In this document: one piece after another, positions 48,600-49,660 of the stretch
How positions within the stretch are numbered: position 1 is the stretch's first letter
Layout: the number at the start of each line of letters is the position of its first letter
Origin: Octopus bimaculoides
Taxonomy: Eukaryota
Reading direction: 5' to 3'
NCBI RefSeq assembly: GCF_001194135.2
Contig: NC_069005.1
Coordinates: forward strand, 5,009,324 to 5,058,983
DNA: 49,660 nt
Position numbers and translations under genes: made by a program
Notes under the pieces: generated by a model
Databases searched by the model: none
The model's input: the letters and a program-made list of their open reading frames with translations, nothing else
What the model was told of the DNA's origin: nothing

Positions 48600-49200
48600 A
48601 GTTCCCCAAAAACTTTGACACAATGGCTACGGAAGCTGGTGCATGTATTCCTCGTTGTGTCCTGGGGGAGATCTTCAACCACTTCCTTGATGCTGGCCAC
48701 CAGCTCGGCCTTGGTATTGCTAGTAGAGTGGTTGGTGTCTTTTTTCGGCCGTATCCCACACATAGTATTTTATGGGGCTACAATCTGGAGAATTAGAAGA
48801 CCAGAAGTTGTGGTTGGTTATAGTAATTCTTCAACAACCACTTCTGACTCTTTCAGTGGATATAGCAAGTAGCCGAATCTTGTTGCCCTGCATACGGCCT
48901 TCCAGCAGCAATCCTCTCCAGCCAGCGATTGAGCACAGTTTCCAGCAATTTCACATAGCTGTCTGAAATGAGCCAACAATCCTGTTTGAAGATGTAAGGA
49001 AGAAATCGGTTGCGAGGATGAAATCCGATGTGAGGATGCAGTCGGAACGCATGCTGCATTTCTTAATGCTATCCAAGGCCTCGTAGTCTCCGTTGCAGCT
49101 ATCCCTGTGTTCACAGTGTTCACAGGGCATCGATCGGCAGCCATGACATTGACATTTTCACACCTGATGCGAATCACCATGATACAGGTAAATCTTTCCC
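48600..49200 (-). mobile_element. Decayed, internally deleted Tc1/mariner transposase of maT (DD37D)-like type
   Basis: Minus strand with frameshifts: CNGDYEA..RSDC; PYIFKQ..YVKLLETVLNRWLERIAAGRPY..QQDSATC; FWSSNSPDCSPIKYYVW; NTKAELVASIKEVVEDLP. The xYxxW after the third catalytic position is maT-like rather than Tc1 (ENLW) or mariner (DYHLF). Confidence 0.85.
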
Positions 49201-49660
49201 AATATCCAGATAGTTTCTAGTCCCTCATGTCAGCTAATTTTTTCTCAGTAACAACCTCATTCGTTCAACTCTTCAACGCCGTTGACTGTTAACCACTAAC
49301 TCAAGGGAGTCCTCATAAAAGGAGACATAAATATCGTCAAATTTAGCCCGAATTTCCATTATATCTATATATGTGTGCGTATGTGTGTGTGTGTTGCGTA
49401 TGTGTGTGTGTGGTGCGTATGTGTGCGTATGTGTGCGTATGTGTGTTTGTGTGTAAGTATATGTGTATACACATACATATGTAAATCGCTACCTTTGTGG
49501 CCAGGTATTCATGTTTGTCTATCAGCTCACATACGCACGTATGTATGTGGGCTTGTCTGTGCCTGTGTCTGTGCCTAGAGTATATATGCATATATTTTTA
49601 GATATATATATACATGTATAAATATATATATATATGTATACATGTATAAATATATATATA

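Overview
AT-rich, repeat-saturated animal genomic DNA from a draft assembly: about 21 N-gaps (roughly 8.4 kb), nearly all abutting microsatellites. The SINE families and extreme microsatellite density resemble Octopus DNA (inference from recollection, not verified). No host protein-coding gene can be supported; almost every listed ORF is an artefact of microsatellites or N-runs. Supported content: (i) more than 25 copies or fragments of tRNA-derived SINEs from at least 3 families; (ii) decayed mariner and maT-like Tc1/mariner transposases; (iii) 3' fragments of RTE-clade and R4/Dong-like LINEs; (iv) two unusual minisatellites. The most interesting signal is five type I hammerhead-ribozyme motifs from three distinct short repeat families, mostly next to (TA)n. 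The one at 27221-27319 has the full tertiary-contact architecture of the Schistosoma hammerhead and sits inside a ~380-bp unit with 40-bp terminal inverted repeats. Together they suggest ribozyme-bearing non-autonomous (Penelope-dependent or retrozyme-like) elements.
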